A DNA stretch of 64,000 nucleotides from IMG/VR virus record IMGVR_UViG_3300041583_000345, positions 32,001 through 96,000 of that record; one strand, given 5' to 3'. A program made the position numbers and the translations under genes. The notes under the pieces were generated by a model that had not been told where the DNA came from, made no database searches, and saw only the letters and a program-made list of their open reading frames with translations. Positions 44,378 to 55,228 of the stretch are shown one piece after another. Each line of letters begins with the position of its first letter. Within the stretch, counting starts at the first letter, position 1. The DNA is from a virus.

Positions 44378-46099
44378 TTATGCTCCGAAAGTAGCTCCTG
44401 ATGGTTCTACTACGAAATCTAGTACTATAAATTCTGCTGTCTTAGCTGGTTGAATAAATATTTGTCCAACCAATTGGTTTCTATCAATTACATCAGCAGT
44501 GTTATTAGTATCATCCATTACTACTCTGTATGCATAAAGACCTTGTCTCTGTGTTACTGATTCTAAGTAAGGGTTAACTGTAGATAAGAATTTATTTCTT
44601 GTAGTGATTGTATTTTGTTCAAATACTAGTCCTTGAGAAACTCCTCCGATAAACTTCTTAAGATCAATTAATAATCTCCTAACGTTTACTCTATCTAAAG
44701 CAGAAGCTTTAGTTTGTAATGTTTTTTGTCCAAATACTGCTAAACCTGTTCCAGGGAAAGTAGCGATTGGATTAACCTTACCGTTATATAGAGTGTCTCT
44801 ATCTGTTCTAGTTAATTTTCTCTCTGCTTGTATCACCCCAACTAATCCTCCTCTAACTAATCCAGCTGGTGCGAACCATGGTGCTGAAGCTCCGTCAGTA
44901 AAAGCATAAATTCCTGGAATAACAACTGAAGCTGGTACCCATACATTTTTACCTGTAGCAGATTGAACTTGTAACCAAGGCCAGTAAGTAGCCCCATAGG
45001 AACTATTCATTACTGTTGCTTGTGTTTTAGCTGCTCCCACTGTAGAACCGTATTCTACTGTGTCTACTACTGCGATTGCATCTCCTCTATTCTCTGCTAG
45101 AGATAAGATACTATCTATCTGTGCAGAATGAAGGCTTTTAATTAATCCTGGTGCTGAAATAATATTAAATTGATAATCATCGGCATTACTTAATAATGTG
45201 ATAACTTTAGTATAGTCCGTGGCTGCAAGACCTTGTGTGTTTACATTACTAATGTTACCGTATAATTTAGCTGTGGTTAAAATCTCTCCAACTCCGCCGT
45301 AGAATGATCCTTTTCCTGCTGATGGTAGTTTATCTGCATTTTCAGATGTATAAGTTACTCCGTCATTTGCTAAGTAATTAAGTATCTTGTGCGGTACAGA
45401 AGCTACTCTTATGAAGTTGGATTGATTAATATATTCTCCTACTTGAAGTATAGCTGTTCCGTCTGCTGTTATTGCAGAAGATTGGTTACCAATTACTTTC
45501 TCGATGTAGTTAGTTGAATTAGCATCTAAAGATAAGTTGTTGAATGTCTCTAATACTATTTTACTGTTTGTATTATCATCTCCTCTACGGACAGATAGTG
45601 TGAATGTTCCTTGTGTTGGTTCTACGTTTGAGATTTCCCATCTTAGGTTATCTGCTGAACCTAACGTTAATGATCCGTCTGCAAGTTCATCGCCCGCTTG
45701 TAAAGAAGCAGATGAAGCATTATAAATTGCACCTTTACCTAAAGTACTTAGAGTAAAAGGTTCTGTTCCTGCTGAGGAAGAGATAAATGTAGATGATGCA
45801 TTAGTCCAGTTTGTAGCTATTGATACTACTCTTGTTACAAGACAGGTATTCCCCCCTTGTTCAAAGTAGCTTTTAACAGCTAATGAGGTTAAGAACTCTT
45901 CTTTAGAGGATTCTAATTCGAATGTTACTCCAAACTTTCTTGTAAAGTCATTATAAGATGTAACAATAGTGGGTACTTCTACCGGTCCTTTTACTGTAGG
46001 GCCAAGGATTACTGCTCCGGCTTCTATTGAAGCTGGTTGGATAAATGAAATATCATTTTCTCTTTGGAATACACCTGGGGAGATTATTGATTCTGCCAT
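44378..46099 (-). CDS. tail sheath protein (gp18-like)
   Basis: SPGVFQREND, APWFAPAG..RG, NPIATFPG, FGQKTL, RVNVRRL. Confidence 0.93.
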   Translation of the reverse strand: MAESIISPGVFQRENDISFIQPASIEAGAVILGPTVKGPVEVPTIVTSYNDFTRKFGVTFELESSKEEFLTSLAVKSYFEQGGNTCLVTRVVSIATNWTNASSTFISSSAGTEPFTLSTLGKGAIYNASSASLQAGDELADGSLTLGSADNLRWEISNVEPTQGTFTLSVRRGDDNTNSKIVLETFNNLSLDANSTNYIEKVIGNQSSAITADGTAILQVGEYINQSNFIRVASVPHKILNYLANDGVTYTSENADKLPSAGKGSFYGGVGEILTTAKLYGNISNVNTQGLAATDYTKVITLLSNADDYQFNIISAPGLIKSLHSAQIDSILSLAENRGDAIAVVDTVEYGSTVGAAKTQATVMNSSYGATYWPWLQVQSATGKNVWVPASVVIPGIYAFTDGASAPWFAPAGLVRGGLVGVIQAERKLTRTDRDTLYNGKVNPIATFPGTGLAVFGQKTLQTKASALDRVNVRRLLIDLKKFIGGVSQGLVFEQNTITTRNKFLSTVNPYLESVTQRQGLYAYRVVMDDTNNTADVIDRNQLVGQIFIQPAKTAEFIVLDFVVEPSGATFGA

Positions 46100-46215
46100 G
46101 TTAGGTTAAGTTTGTTTTTGTGTCTATTATAAATATAAGTAGAAAATCGAAACCAAGTTTAAATTAAACGGGCTTCAACTACATATATAAATAGACTAAA
46201 ACTTATTAAACATCT

Positions 46216-46470
46216 TTACTGAAGAGGAGTAAACTCACCTGTATCTATATTAACATTTCCTTTACCGTAAGTCTGTTCCAGTACTTTGGCTATCTCTTTT
46301 TCTTTATTAATATTTTCTGAGTAGAATACTTCTATTTGGGTTTCTCTTAGTTTAATATTGAGCTTAATTTGTCCTACAGCAGCTAACTCCTCTTTTAAGA
46401 GTGCTTGCCTCTGTTGGAGTTCATTTAAGAGTTCTAGGTGTTCCTGTGTTAATTTTACTGTTTTTGCCAT
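46216..46470 (-). CDS. small coiled-coil protein (fibre-chaperone-like)
   Basis: 84 aa ending YGKGNVNIDTGEF. Confidence 0.6.
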   Translation of the reverse strand: MAKTVKLTQEHLELLNELQQRQALLKEELAAVGQIKLNIKLRETQIEVFYSENINKEKEIAKVLEQTYGKGNVNIDTGEFTPLQ

Positions 46471-46475
46471 AACTT

Positions 46476-46946
46476 TTATTTATTTATACGTGTATCCACT
46501 CCCTCTCTAACTTCTATTTTAGTTCCTATCTCTACTTTCTTCTTTATGCTGACTGTTTTATAGAGGGTTATAGCTTCTCCTTCTTCATTAAAGCTTGTAT
46601 AAGCGGCTTCCTTTTTAACTTCTCTTTCTTGAAAAATGGGTAATTCTACTTCTTTTTGTGTTGAAACGGATGTTTTAAAAAAGTGCGGGACTAAAACTTC
46701 TATCCCCTCACTATCTGTATTATCAAAGTAGAGTAACCTTTCCTGTACTAGCCCGGTTGCATTTTTTGGTTCTTCGTCTAAATACTTCCTATTAAACTTC
46801 AGAGCGTAACTTTGATCGAACCATTACGTTAACTGTACTGCTATATCGTTTGCAACTTTATTATAGGTAAGACTCTCTATTCTTACATATACCTCGTGCG
46901 AGGGACCTTCACTTGTCTCCAAGTCAACATTTAATATAAAACCCAT
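46476..46946 (-). pseudogene. 157-codon ORF interrupted by one in-frame TAA at 46824-46826
   Basis: MGFILNVDLETSEGP...AVQLT*WFDQSY...DTRINK reads open on both sides of the stop. Confidence 0.65.
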
Positions 46947-46947
46947 T

Positions 46948-47013
46948 TTAATTTTTTATTCTGTTAATTGATCTACTTGAAGTTACTCTCGTATTTGAAT
47001 ACCTATTTGCCAT
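46948..47013 (-). pseudogene. 21-aa remnant ORF, TAATG-coupled to upstream tail-terminator gene
   Basis: MANRYSNTRVTSSRSINRIKN*; coupled start but abrupt end. Confidence 0.4.
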
Positions 47014-47861
47014 TATATTAAGTTTTTTATATCTACTACTGACTCTACCCCAAATATAACCGCAGCTTTATTAAAAAACTTACTAACTCCCTGTGGAAGG
47101 GTGTTTATTCCGTCCGGAATTATATGACCAAGAAGTTTTATCTGAAATGTTGTTTTAACTGTTCTATCTTGTCCTTGGTTTAACTCTGTAGAAGTTGTAT
47201 AATTATCAATCATAGCCCTAAAATTAAACTTATCTGGGTCTCCCCAGTAGGCATCTGAAGCATAATTTATACTTTCTACTAATTTATTCATCTGTTCTAT
47301 ATATTCTGTGAAGATTGTGCATGAATATGTGATATTTACATAGTCAGGCATAACAACTCCTTGATATTCTTTAACAATTGATCTTGTATTTAGTATAGAA
47401 AACTTATCGTATTTGTTTTTACTAGAGTATTTTTTTTCAAATATACCGAAATGATTTGGATTGTTAGCATCCATTTTATTTCCCACCTGTCTGTTCTTTT
47501 CTATACTGTCTCTCTTAATCATTATAAGAGGAACTTGTATCTTTCCGTTTTTATCCCTGTAGAATCCGTCTTTTTGTACTGCAGCCCAGCGTTCTGGTGA
47601 ACCATATAGTACGGGGACTGTTTTGGTTATGCTATTTTGTACAACAGAGGGTCTAATTACTTCATTAAAGTAAAAGAATATTGCTTCATCTATTTCTCTA
47701 AGACCAATACTAAGTCGTTTTACATCATCTCCTTTAACTGTACGCTGGTTAGCTCTTGTTTTTGTGTTAACATCAGGGGTTTTGCCGTCTGGGAGTAAAG
47801 ATGTTACTGTTTTCTGTGAGAGTTCTACTTGAGATTTCGGAAGTATTGTTTTACCTGCCAT
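47013..47861 (-). CDS. tail terminator / sheath stabiliser (gp15-like)
   Basis: VPVLYGSPERW, VPLIMIKR, PDYVNITY; position in neck cluster. Confidence 0.65.
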   Translation of the reverse strand: MAGKTILPKSQVELSQKTVTSLLPDGKTPDVNTKTRANQRTVKGDDVKRLSIGLREIDEAIFFYFNEVIRPSVVQNSITKTVPVLYGSPERWAAVQKDGFYRDKNGKIQVPLIMIKRDSIEKNRQVGNKMDANNPNHFGIFEKKYSSKNKYDKFSILNTRSIVKEYQGVVMPDYVNITYSCTIFTEYIEQMNKLVESINYASDAYWGDPDKFNFRAMIDNYTTSTELNQGQDRTVKTTFQIKLLGHIIPDGINTLPQGVSKFFNKAAVIFGVESVVDIKNLI

Positions 47862-48132
47862 ATTTCCTATTTACGTGTTGTCTAAATGCTTTTTTAAACG
47901 ATGCAAAGACGTTAAACAGCTGTTCTAGCTTCTGATCTTCAGGGTATTTCTTTAATACATCTTTATAATTATCATATGCGGACTGAATAGCAGTATCTAC
48001 TCTTTTTAACGGGGTATATTTAATATCCCAAGACACTGTACCTGTTACCGGATCAGTGCCAGTTTTTTTTGATTTAAAAGTAGTGCTATCCTGTCTCCAG
48101 TCGTCTTCGTTAAGTATATCCTTTATCTTCAT
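47851..48132 (-). CDS. hypothetical protein with MKIKDILNE leader
   Basis: 93-aa ORF. Confidence 0.65.
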   Translation of the reverse strand: MKIKDILNEDDWRQDSTTFKSKKTGTDPVTGTVSWDIKYTPLKRVDTAIQSAYDNYKDVLKKYPEDQKLEQLFNVFASFKKAFRQHVNRKYGR

Positions 48133-48146
48133 CTTATATAAATAGT

Positions 48147-48641
48147 TTAGTAACTAGTACCTTCAAATTCAATCCCTGTCTTCTCTCTTCTTGTTAAATG
48201 ACAGTCAACTATTATAGAAACTGATGTTCCAAACTGTTCTCCGTAGCTAGTTAAATTGTAATTCCTATCTCTACCTACAAATAATTGGTTTTCTCTTACT
48301 GTATCTACTTCATAGTAATCTTCTTGCCAATTTAGTATGTCCCCTACCTCAGGTACCGTACCTATATCTACTAGATCCTCTCTTATGAATGCAAATGATA
48401 CATCTCTTGTAAGATCTGGTCCAAAATCATCAACATTTATTATTTGATCCCCTCTAGTTATTAAACAATTCAATTTTACCGGGGTCCAGTAGTTTTTAGT
48501 TAGAGCTTCTCCGTAGAGATTAGCTTGTGTCTCCTCTAAGCTTAGTTTATAGTACAGTACCTCCTGTTCTACTATGTCTTTTAGTAGTTCTCGGCTAATA
48601 CCGGTTAGTAAATTAAAATCTCTGTTAGATCCAAATAACAT
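48147..48641 (-). CDS. head closure / neck protein (gp14-like)
   Basis: NLYGEA, PEVGDIL.W..DYYEVD. Confidence 0.7.
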   Translation of the reverse strand: MLFGSNRDFNLLTGISRELLKDIVEQEVLYYKLSLEETQANLYGEALTKNYWTPVKLNCLITRGDQIINVDDFGPDLTRDVSFAFIREDLVDIGTVPEVGDILNWQEDYYEVDTVRENQLFVGRDRNYNLTSYGEQFGTSVSIIVDCHLTRREKTGIEFEGTSY

Positions 48642-48642
48642 A

Positions 48643-48960
48643 TTAATAGTCTCCTGGTAATTTCATTCGTTCGATTGTCTTATTTGCTATTTTTACTACT
48701 TTAACATCCGGGTATCTCTCTAAAGCGGACTTTTTGAAAGCTTCAAAAGCTTCTGCCCCGTTTTTTTGTGTTATTAATTTTACTTTAAACACATACGTCT
48801 TAGTTAATTCATTGCTTCCGGCTGCTGTTACTGTTGTAACCCCTGGCAATGCCCTTAAAAGTTCTGCTAGTCGCGTAGTAGATTCTCCAGTACTAATAAC
48901 CTGTACCATAGCTCTGTAGGGTATAAAGTTTACTTCCAGTAATATGTCTGATAGTTTCAT
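48643..48960 (-). CDS. hypothetical protein with MKLSDILLE leader
   Basis: 105-aa ORF, LRALPGVTTV. Confidence 0.65.
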   Translation of the reverse strand: MKLSDILLEVNFIPYRAMVQVISTGESTTRLAELLRALPGVTTVTAAGSNELTKTYVFKVKLITQKNGAEAFEAFKKSALERYPDVKVVKIANKTIERMKLPGDY

Positions 48961-50102
48961 TATCCGATATAAATTGTCATTGGAATTTCTTTTAAAGTTC
49001 TGTTAAGGTTTTCTGATTCAGAAGCTCTTCTTTCTAACTGTGATTGACGTGATGTTTGTTCTAACATCTCTCTTAAACTAGTTAGCAATTCTAATTTTTC
49101 ACTTCTTGCATCTGCTAATAAGTCTGCTTGATTTAGTGTAACTTCTGAACCGGGAACTGGTACGTTTTGGTATTTCCCGCGTACATATGCTAGTAATTCT
49201 TTGGATAAAGCCAGTGTGTATCTAAATATCCACTGTCTTCCTATACTGTTTATTGAAAGATAAGAAGGATTATTGTAGGGGACTTCTGCTACATTGGTTA
49301 TTAACCCTGCTCCATCTTGAATAGATGCTGCTTTCTTTTCATTTACTTTAAAATATTCAAATCTCATCTTACCTGCTGCTTTTGGAAGAGGTAAAACAGT
49401 AAGTGTATTATTTATTAATTGAAAAGTATAAGCTGATCTACGTATCTGATCGTTAAATTCTATGGCTTGGGTTTTTAACATATCAAAAGATGCTGGCATC
49501 ATTAAGAAGTTGACACCTGGACTGTAAGATCCAAAGTCAAAAGCGTCCATTAGAGATTGTATACCTGTTCCGGTTCCTGCATATGGGTCAAAGTATCGCT
49601 GAATGGCCGGTGGAGCTTCGTAAAATACTCTTCTTATTTCAATACTGCCTGTTATCCCCTGCTCTACCGCCCATTGATCAAGATTGTACTCTTGAATTGA
49701 GGAAGAAATATTTAATGTCCCGGTATACCTTGTTACATTTCCTCCTACATCTGCTTCCGTACCGTAATTTTTACCTATTTGAATTAACCTATCTAAAGAG
49801 GGGTTAATAAGTTTGTTATTTATACTGTTAGTACTATTGGAGCCTTCTAGTGATATATAGTTCTCTCTTATTTTGTACTGAAATACTTCATTACCGTATG
49901 TAGAAACTGCTTCTTCAAAGCAGGCAAAGAAATTTTCATCCTGCAATTCTACTTCCATAAGCGGATACCCAAGACGGGTACCGCAAAACTTAGCTACCTT
50001 GTTAGCGTCTGTTTGAAAATCTGTATCTGTGTCGTAGAATCCGAAAGGAGTAGAGCCGACAGTGAAATTAGCACTACCGTTCCATGTAGTTGTATTAGCC
50101 AT
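48960..50102 (-). CDS. head-tail adaptor / neck protein (gp13-like)
   Basis: LGYPLMEVEL, WIFRYTLALSKE.L..VRGKY, PGSEVTLN. Confidence 0.8.
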   Translation of the reverse strand: MANTTTWNGSANFTVGSTPFGFYDTDTDFQTDANKVAKFCGTRLGYPLMEVELQDENFFACFEEAVSTYGNEVFQYKIRENYISLEGSNSTNSINNKLINPSLDRLIQIGKNYGTEADVGGNVTRYTGTLNISSSIQEYNLDQWAVEQGITGSIEIRRVFYEAPPAIQRYFDPYAGTGTGIQSLMDAFDFGSYSPGVNFLMMPASFDMLKTQAIEFNDQIRRSAYTFQLINNTLTVLPLPKAAGKMRFEYFKVNEKKAASIQDGAGLITNVAEVPYNNPSYLSINSIGRQWIFRYTLALSKELLAYVRGKYQNVPVPGSEVTLNQADLLADARSEKLELLTSLREMLEQTSRQSQLERRASESENLNRTLKEIPMTIYIG

Positions 50103-50129
50103 AAAATACGGTTTACATATAAATAGTAG

Positions 50130-50816
50130 TTAATCTCTGAACTTCTGGTATACTTTTAGTATAGGGGATACTATTTCGTGTCGGTGATTTTTTTCTAAAT
50201 TTACTGTTCTAAATCCTGGTACGTGTTCTTCTATTCGAGATAAAAAAGAAAATCCAGTTTCTCTCCTATCTTTTAGGTCTATTTGAGCTAGGTCCCCGCA
50301 GATCACCATTTTTGAACCTTTTCCAAGGCGACCGATGACAGTCTCCATTTGAGAGTGGGTGACATTTTGTGCTTCATCTACTATTACAAAGGCATTGACG
50401 AAAGTTCTTCCTCGCATGAAAGCAAATGGTACAATTTCAATACGTCCTTCCTCTAACTCCTTCTTTACTTTCTCTTCATTATAAAGTATATATAGATTGT
50501 GGTAGATTGGTGCTAACCAAGGGTCCATTTTTGCCTGTAGATCGCCTGGTAGAAATCCTATATCTTCTTTAGATACGGTCGGTCTTGTTATAACAATCTT
50601 CTCTACTTGTTTGGTAAAGAGCATATCTAATGCTACCTGTGTTGCAACGAGCGTCTTACCTGAACCGGCCATTCCTCTTATGGCTGTAATTGGGGATTCT
50701 ATTATTACTTGCTTTGCGTGTTTTTGTTCTTCATTTAGTTGAACATTAAATTTAATTGGGTTCTTAGGTCTTCTCTTTTGAACGAATACATCGTCCGTGT
50801 GATGGTGTGAACTCAT
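50130..50816 (-). CDS. phoH: PhoH-family protein
   Basis: GMAGSGKT, ITRP, IGFLPG, FMRGRTF, VDEAQN, GDLAQID. Confidence 0.93.
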   Translation of the reverse strand: MSSHHHTDDVFVQKRRPKNPIKFNVQLNEEQKHAKQVIIESPITAIRGMAGSGKTLVATQVALDMLFTKQVEKIVITRPTVSKEDIGFLPGDLQAKMDPWLAPIYHNLYILYNEEKVKKELEEGRIEIVPFAFMRGRTFVNAFVIVDEAQNVTHSQMETVIGRLGKGSKMVICGDLAQIDLKDRRETGFSFLSRIEEHVPGFRTVNLEKNHRHEIVSPILKVYQKFRD

Positions 50817-50930
50817 TTATAATAACTTTTAATTTGTTCTTATAAATATCCGAAATTCTATTTTAATATACTACTTCTTAAACAAAAAAAAGAGATTGCT
50901 ACTTGGCAGTCTTCTTTTTAAATGTTACTG

Positions 50931-52337
50931 TTAATGGGTCTTTCCTTTTAGTGTATTCTCTATTCTTGTCCACTCGTATTTATAATTTCCGCAGTCCCAT
51001 ACCCTATGGTAACCCCTATCTAACATTATTTCATATTCAGACATATTTGGATCTCCTCCTTGCTGTACAAGTTTATGTTTTTGAAACTGAAATCTTGAAT
51101 AACGTATTTTGGACTTAACATAGAAGTACCCGGGCACTGTTGGTTTCAGTTCGGACATTCCTAATGTACTATATAATGCACCGTTACTCCAATCTCGGTT
51201 AGCATACGAAATTATACGTTCCGGTGTATACGTCTTTATAAAGTAGGAGTATAGTTTTGATGCTCCTCCTATTACTGCAGTGTTTAACTTATTACAGAAT
51301 CTAAGTAGTTCGTACTCTCCTTTCTTAGCTACTTGTCCTGTAGCTGCTCTTAATGAAGAAAATGTCATGACACTTACTAGTTCTTCCCCTGTAAAAAGTC
51401 CTATACGTATTTTAGAGATTCCGCTACCCTGTAAATGGTTATTTCCTAGAAACGTATTCGCTTCCTTATAGGTGATTTCACGTACCTCTGTCTTCCTTGC
51501 ATAGATTCTATCTGCTGTCTTACCTAATACGTTAGCTATCACCGATCTTACTATTGCTTCTTTCTGAATCCAATCTGCTTCCCATATGTGTATTAATCTA
51601 TACCCTTTATCTGCTGCTGCTAATTGCTTACTTAGGTGGTACTTTCTATCTTTAAATAAATCACTATGCCAGTAACTCCCGTTGTACTCTATAGCTACTT
51701 TTTCTGACTCTACTACTATATCCAGCTCTAATCCACTCAATATACCCCTATTGCTCTGCTCTACTTCAAAACCTAAACCCTCTACCATCTTACACACTTC
51801 TGCTTCTCCCCTACTTGGACCTGAGCTGTGCCATGTTCCCCTGCCTTCCTGCATTCTCTTTATAGCAGCTGCTCTCATGGTCTCTCTCTGTTCCTTACTG
51901 TTCTCCCTGTATCCTGGTCTGTGCTGATGATGCCCTGCTAACATAGTTCTTGAATAAGCTACCTCCCCTTTTTCATTCTTACCATGTCTTATCAATCTAA
52001 CATCTTCTCCACAGCCACAGGAGCAGGTTGGAGGTGTTCCATTAAAGAAGTACTTTATAAAATAGTCTTGCCAACTTATACCATGTGTATGTATATGATG
52101 AAGTAACTGCTTATGTGATATTTGAGACTCTTTACAGATTTCACACTCTATTCCGCTCCCTTCCCGAAGTTTTTGTGCGGTCAAGTGTTTCTTTCTAAAT
52201 TCTCCAAATGTTTTCGAATATTCTTCTGAGGACATTTTGTCATGCTTATGGTAGAGGTGGCTCCCCATCCCGGAAGCTGTTAAACTTATTTTACATATTT
52301 TACAGGTAATCGGTGTACTATCTTTTTCTCTACTCAT
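50931..52337 (-). mobile_element. Hef-like homing endonuclease with Zn-finger N-terminus
   Basis: CKIC/CEIC/CSCGC motifs; ELDI...AIEYNGSYWH, IHIWEADW, RVWDCG. Confidence 0.75.
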
Positions 52338-52402
52338 ACTTACTTAAAACGCTAAATAGTTATTTATACTTATAAATAGGCTAGTTTTTACATAACAGAC
52401 AT

Positions 52403-52430
52403 AAAAAAAGAGCCCCGAAGGGCTCTCTCT
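52403..52430 (-). terminator. intrinsic terminator after major capsid gene
   Basis: GAGCCC-TTCG-GGGCTC-TTTTTTT. Confidence 0.85.
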
Positions 52431-52453
52431 TAGTATTAAATCTAAAGTTAATC

Positions 52454-54025
52454 TTAGATTTGATTTAAATCAGATACGAAGATCTTACCATAAAATTCTG
52501 GTCTGATCATTTTCTTAGCATAACGAGTCATTAAACCTTTTCTTGGAGTGAAAGTTTCTGGATCGTATACTAATGGAGTCATCATCAATGGAACATAAGG
52601 AGCATAAACTGCACCTGTTTCTAAGAACTGAGAACCTCTATATCCCATAAGGATTGTGTTTTCAGTCATGTAAGGGTTCTTGTAGACCTTGAATCGGTTA
52701 GATAAAGCTCCTACTTTTTGAACTCCCATATTAAATTCCATTGCATCACCATCTGTTGCTGCTGCAAATCCTGGTATAGACTCTAATACAGTTGCTACTG
52801 TTGGAGATACTACTACGAAGTTTGCACCACCTCTAAGAGTTTTTTGGTGAATCTTGTTAGATACTTTTTGGATTTTAGTTCCTAAAGTTTGGAACCATTG
52901 TCCTTGAGTATTGTAGAAATCTGAAGTAGATACTGACCAGTTAGATCCGTCCCATACTTTGTTGTTTTCAGCTGACCAGAAATCAGTTGTTACAGCACCT
53001 GCAATTAACATATCTAATATTTCCATGTCAATCTCCATAGAGATGTACTCAGATAATAAAGAAGTTAATTCAGCTTCTGCATCAATTGAATGGTAAGCGT
53101 TAAGATCCTGTGCAAATTCTGGAGTCCATTGTGCTTTTAACTTTCTAGTCTTAGCAACAATTGATTCAGAAGCAAGTTTAACATCAATAGACGGAATAGA
53201 GATTGAAGTATCTACTGCAGCATTTGAATCTGCTTCGAAATCTCCTCTATCGTTGTCTACTGGTTGTTTGTGCCATAATACAACTTTAGTTCCATTTGAT
53301 CCTGCATCACCTGTAGCTACAACAAATACTAGGTTAGCTCCAACTACCTTAGTATATTGTGCTAATACTGCAATACCTGTAAGTCTAAATGCTCTAATAC
53401 CTGTACTGTCGTATCCTGCTAAGTCTGATGTTGCAAAAGATACTGTATCGTAAGATGCAGGTGCTAATCCAACTTCGTAATCTAAAGAAGATGAAGTTGC
53501 TGTTGCAACTGTACCTGTAGCTGAAGTAGAGTTTTGGTTGATTGAGTAACCGAATTGACCGGCGCCGTAAAGACCTCCTGATACTTCTTCGTTTACTGCC
53601 ATTTTGTCATTAGCTGTAGATACGTTTCCGTACATGTTGTCAGCTGCGGCTCTTCCGTTTGTTGAAGATCCATATTTAAAGTCAAGATAGAATACAAGAC
53701 CTGATGGTAGGTTCATTGGTTGAACTGATACGAAGTCTTGAGCTACGATTTGAGAAAATACTTTTCTTACTAACGGTAAAGCTACTCCTGCCCACTGCTC
53801 ACCTGCTCCTGCAGAGAAAGAACCACCACCAACGTTAGTTGAGTTTGCTTCAGCAACGATTTGTTTTGCTTGATTCTCAAGGATCATAGCCATGTTGTTA
53901 GCATGACGCTCGTCTTTGATGCCTTCTAATAATCCCGATTGAGACCATTTGTTTGCTAATTTAGTAGCGTCAGCCTGCATACTTTTGTATGAGTTTGAGC
54001 TTTCTAATAATGTGTTTATTTCCAT
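52454..54025 (-). CDS. major capsid protein (T4 gp23-like)
   Basis: VSVQPMNLPSGLVFYLDF, AKTRKLKAQWTPEFAQDLNAYHSIDAEAEL, YAPYVPL, GLMTRYA. Confidence 0.95.
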   Translation of the reverse strand: MEINTLLESSNSYKSMQADATKLANKWSQSGLLEGIKDERHANNMAMILENQAKQIVAEANSTNVGGGSFSAGAGEQWAGVALPLVRKVFSQIVAQDFVSVQPMNLPSGLVFYLDFKYGSSTNGRAAADNMYGNVSTANDKMAVNEEVSGGLYGAGQFGYSINQNSTSATGTVATATSSSLDYEVGLAPASYDTVSFATSDLAGYDSTGIRAFRLTGIAVLAQYTKVVGANLVFVVATGDAGSNGTKVVLWHKQPVDNDRGDFEADSNAAVDTSISIPSIDVKLASESIVAKTRKLKAQWTPEFAQDLNAYHSIDAEAELTSLLSEYISMEIDMEILDMLIAGAVTTDFWSAENNKVWDGSNWSVSTSDFYNTQGQWFQTLGTKIQKVSNKIHQKTLRGGANFVVVSPTVATVLESIPGFAAATDGDAMEFNMGVQKVGALSNRFKVYKNPYMTENTILMGYRGSQFLETGAVYAPYVPLMMTPLVYDPETFTPRKGLMTRYAKKMIRPEFYGKIFVSDLNQI

Positions 54026-54048
54026 TTTTTTAATTTAATGTTTTTTGG

Positions 54049-55005
54049 TTATTTAATAATTCCAGCTAGTTTCTGCATTCTACGGACTGCATCAGATACT
54101 TCCGAAATAATCTCCGGTTTAGAAGCTGTTGTTCCTGTAGCTTTAGACGCCATACCTTTAAATTTTGATTCTGTAACATTTTCTTTTCTTGTATTAACTA
54201 CATTTTCAGAAACTGTTTCAAAAACTAGTTTTACTTCTTTTACTGTTTCAGCTTTGTCGAAAGCAGCTATGATGTTAACTTTTTGTGATTCTGTAAGGCT
54301 GTTTGCCTTAAAGATTTTGTTTACATATAACAATTTTGAATTAAGAAGGTTTACTTCTTGAAGATCTTTTTTAAGATATTTAATAGTATTTAAAGCTTCT
54401 TTAAGCTCTTCTTCCATTTTATCTTCTTTATCAGACTTTTTAGATTTATGGTACTTCTCGCTTACTTGTTCTTCGTTTCCGTATTCTAATTCTCTTAAAA
54501 GTTCATCTAAATCGATTTCCTCTTCGTCTTCTACTTCCATTCCTGGTTCTTCCATTGCCGGTTCGTCTCCCATTCCTTCGATATCACCAGCATCCATATC
54601 ATCTCCCATCTCAGCGTCGCTGCTTCCGATTTCTTGAGCAATAATATCTCTGATCATGTCTTTGAATTGGTCTACTGAAAGATCACTAAGATCTTGGTCG
54701 CCTTCTAATTCCTCTTCTTCTGATTCCTCAGCTTCGTATCCTGGTGCTTCTTCTTCAGCTTCGTCTTCAGATTCTTCTGAATCATCCTCTGCCTCTTTTA
54801 CTGCAATAAATCCTGATGCGTTTTCCTCTACTCCTTCTTCTTCTTCATTAGATGAATCTTCCATCTCTTGAAGTTTAGCAGCTAACATATCTTTTAGATG
54901 AGGGGTTAAAGTCTCTTCTAGAGCTTGTTTAGCGTTAGCAATAGCGGCTTCACGTACGGATTTAGCTTCAGCAATAGCTTGCTTAAATAAATCTTTGTTT
55001 GCCAT
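54049..55005 (-). CDS. prohead scaffolding/core protein
   Basis: Acidic coiled coil directly upstream of MCP, between protease and capsid. Confidence 0.75.
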   Translation of the reverse strand: MANKDLFKQAIAEAKSVREAAIANAKQALEETLTPHLKDMLAAKLQEMEDSSNEEEEGVEENASGFIAVKEAEDDSEESEDEAEEEAPGYEAEESEEEELEGDQDLSDLSVDQFKDMIRDIIAQEIGSSDAEMGDDMDAGDIEGMGDEPAMEEPGMEVEDEEEIDLDELLRELEYGNEEQVSEKYHKSKKSDKEDKMEEELKEALNTIKYLKKDLQEVNLLNSKLLYVNKIFKANSLTESQKVNIIAAFDKAETVKEVKLVFETVSENVVNTRKENVTESKFKGMASKATGTTASKPEIISEVSDAVRRMQKLAGIIK

Positions 55006-55158
55006 TTTAATTTAATGTGTTGAGTTTCGTATAGCTATTATAAGCTATAATGTGAAGTTATAAATTTTTTCAATACCGTATAGAGACGGTATATTATGTC
55101 TATAAATATAGGCATTTTTATAAAACAAGAAACCCCTACATTGCTGTAAGGGAATCGA

Positions 55159-55193
55159 CACCTGCCTTCGGTACCTTCCGAGGGAATTATTTT
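55159..55193 (-). repeat. 35-nt direct repeat copy A, followed by terminator hairpin 55133-55152
   Basis: 33/35 identical to 56258-56292. Confidence 0.85.
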
Positions 55194-55228
55194 TAAGAGT
55201 TTAATATATTCTTTATTTTATTTTTATG

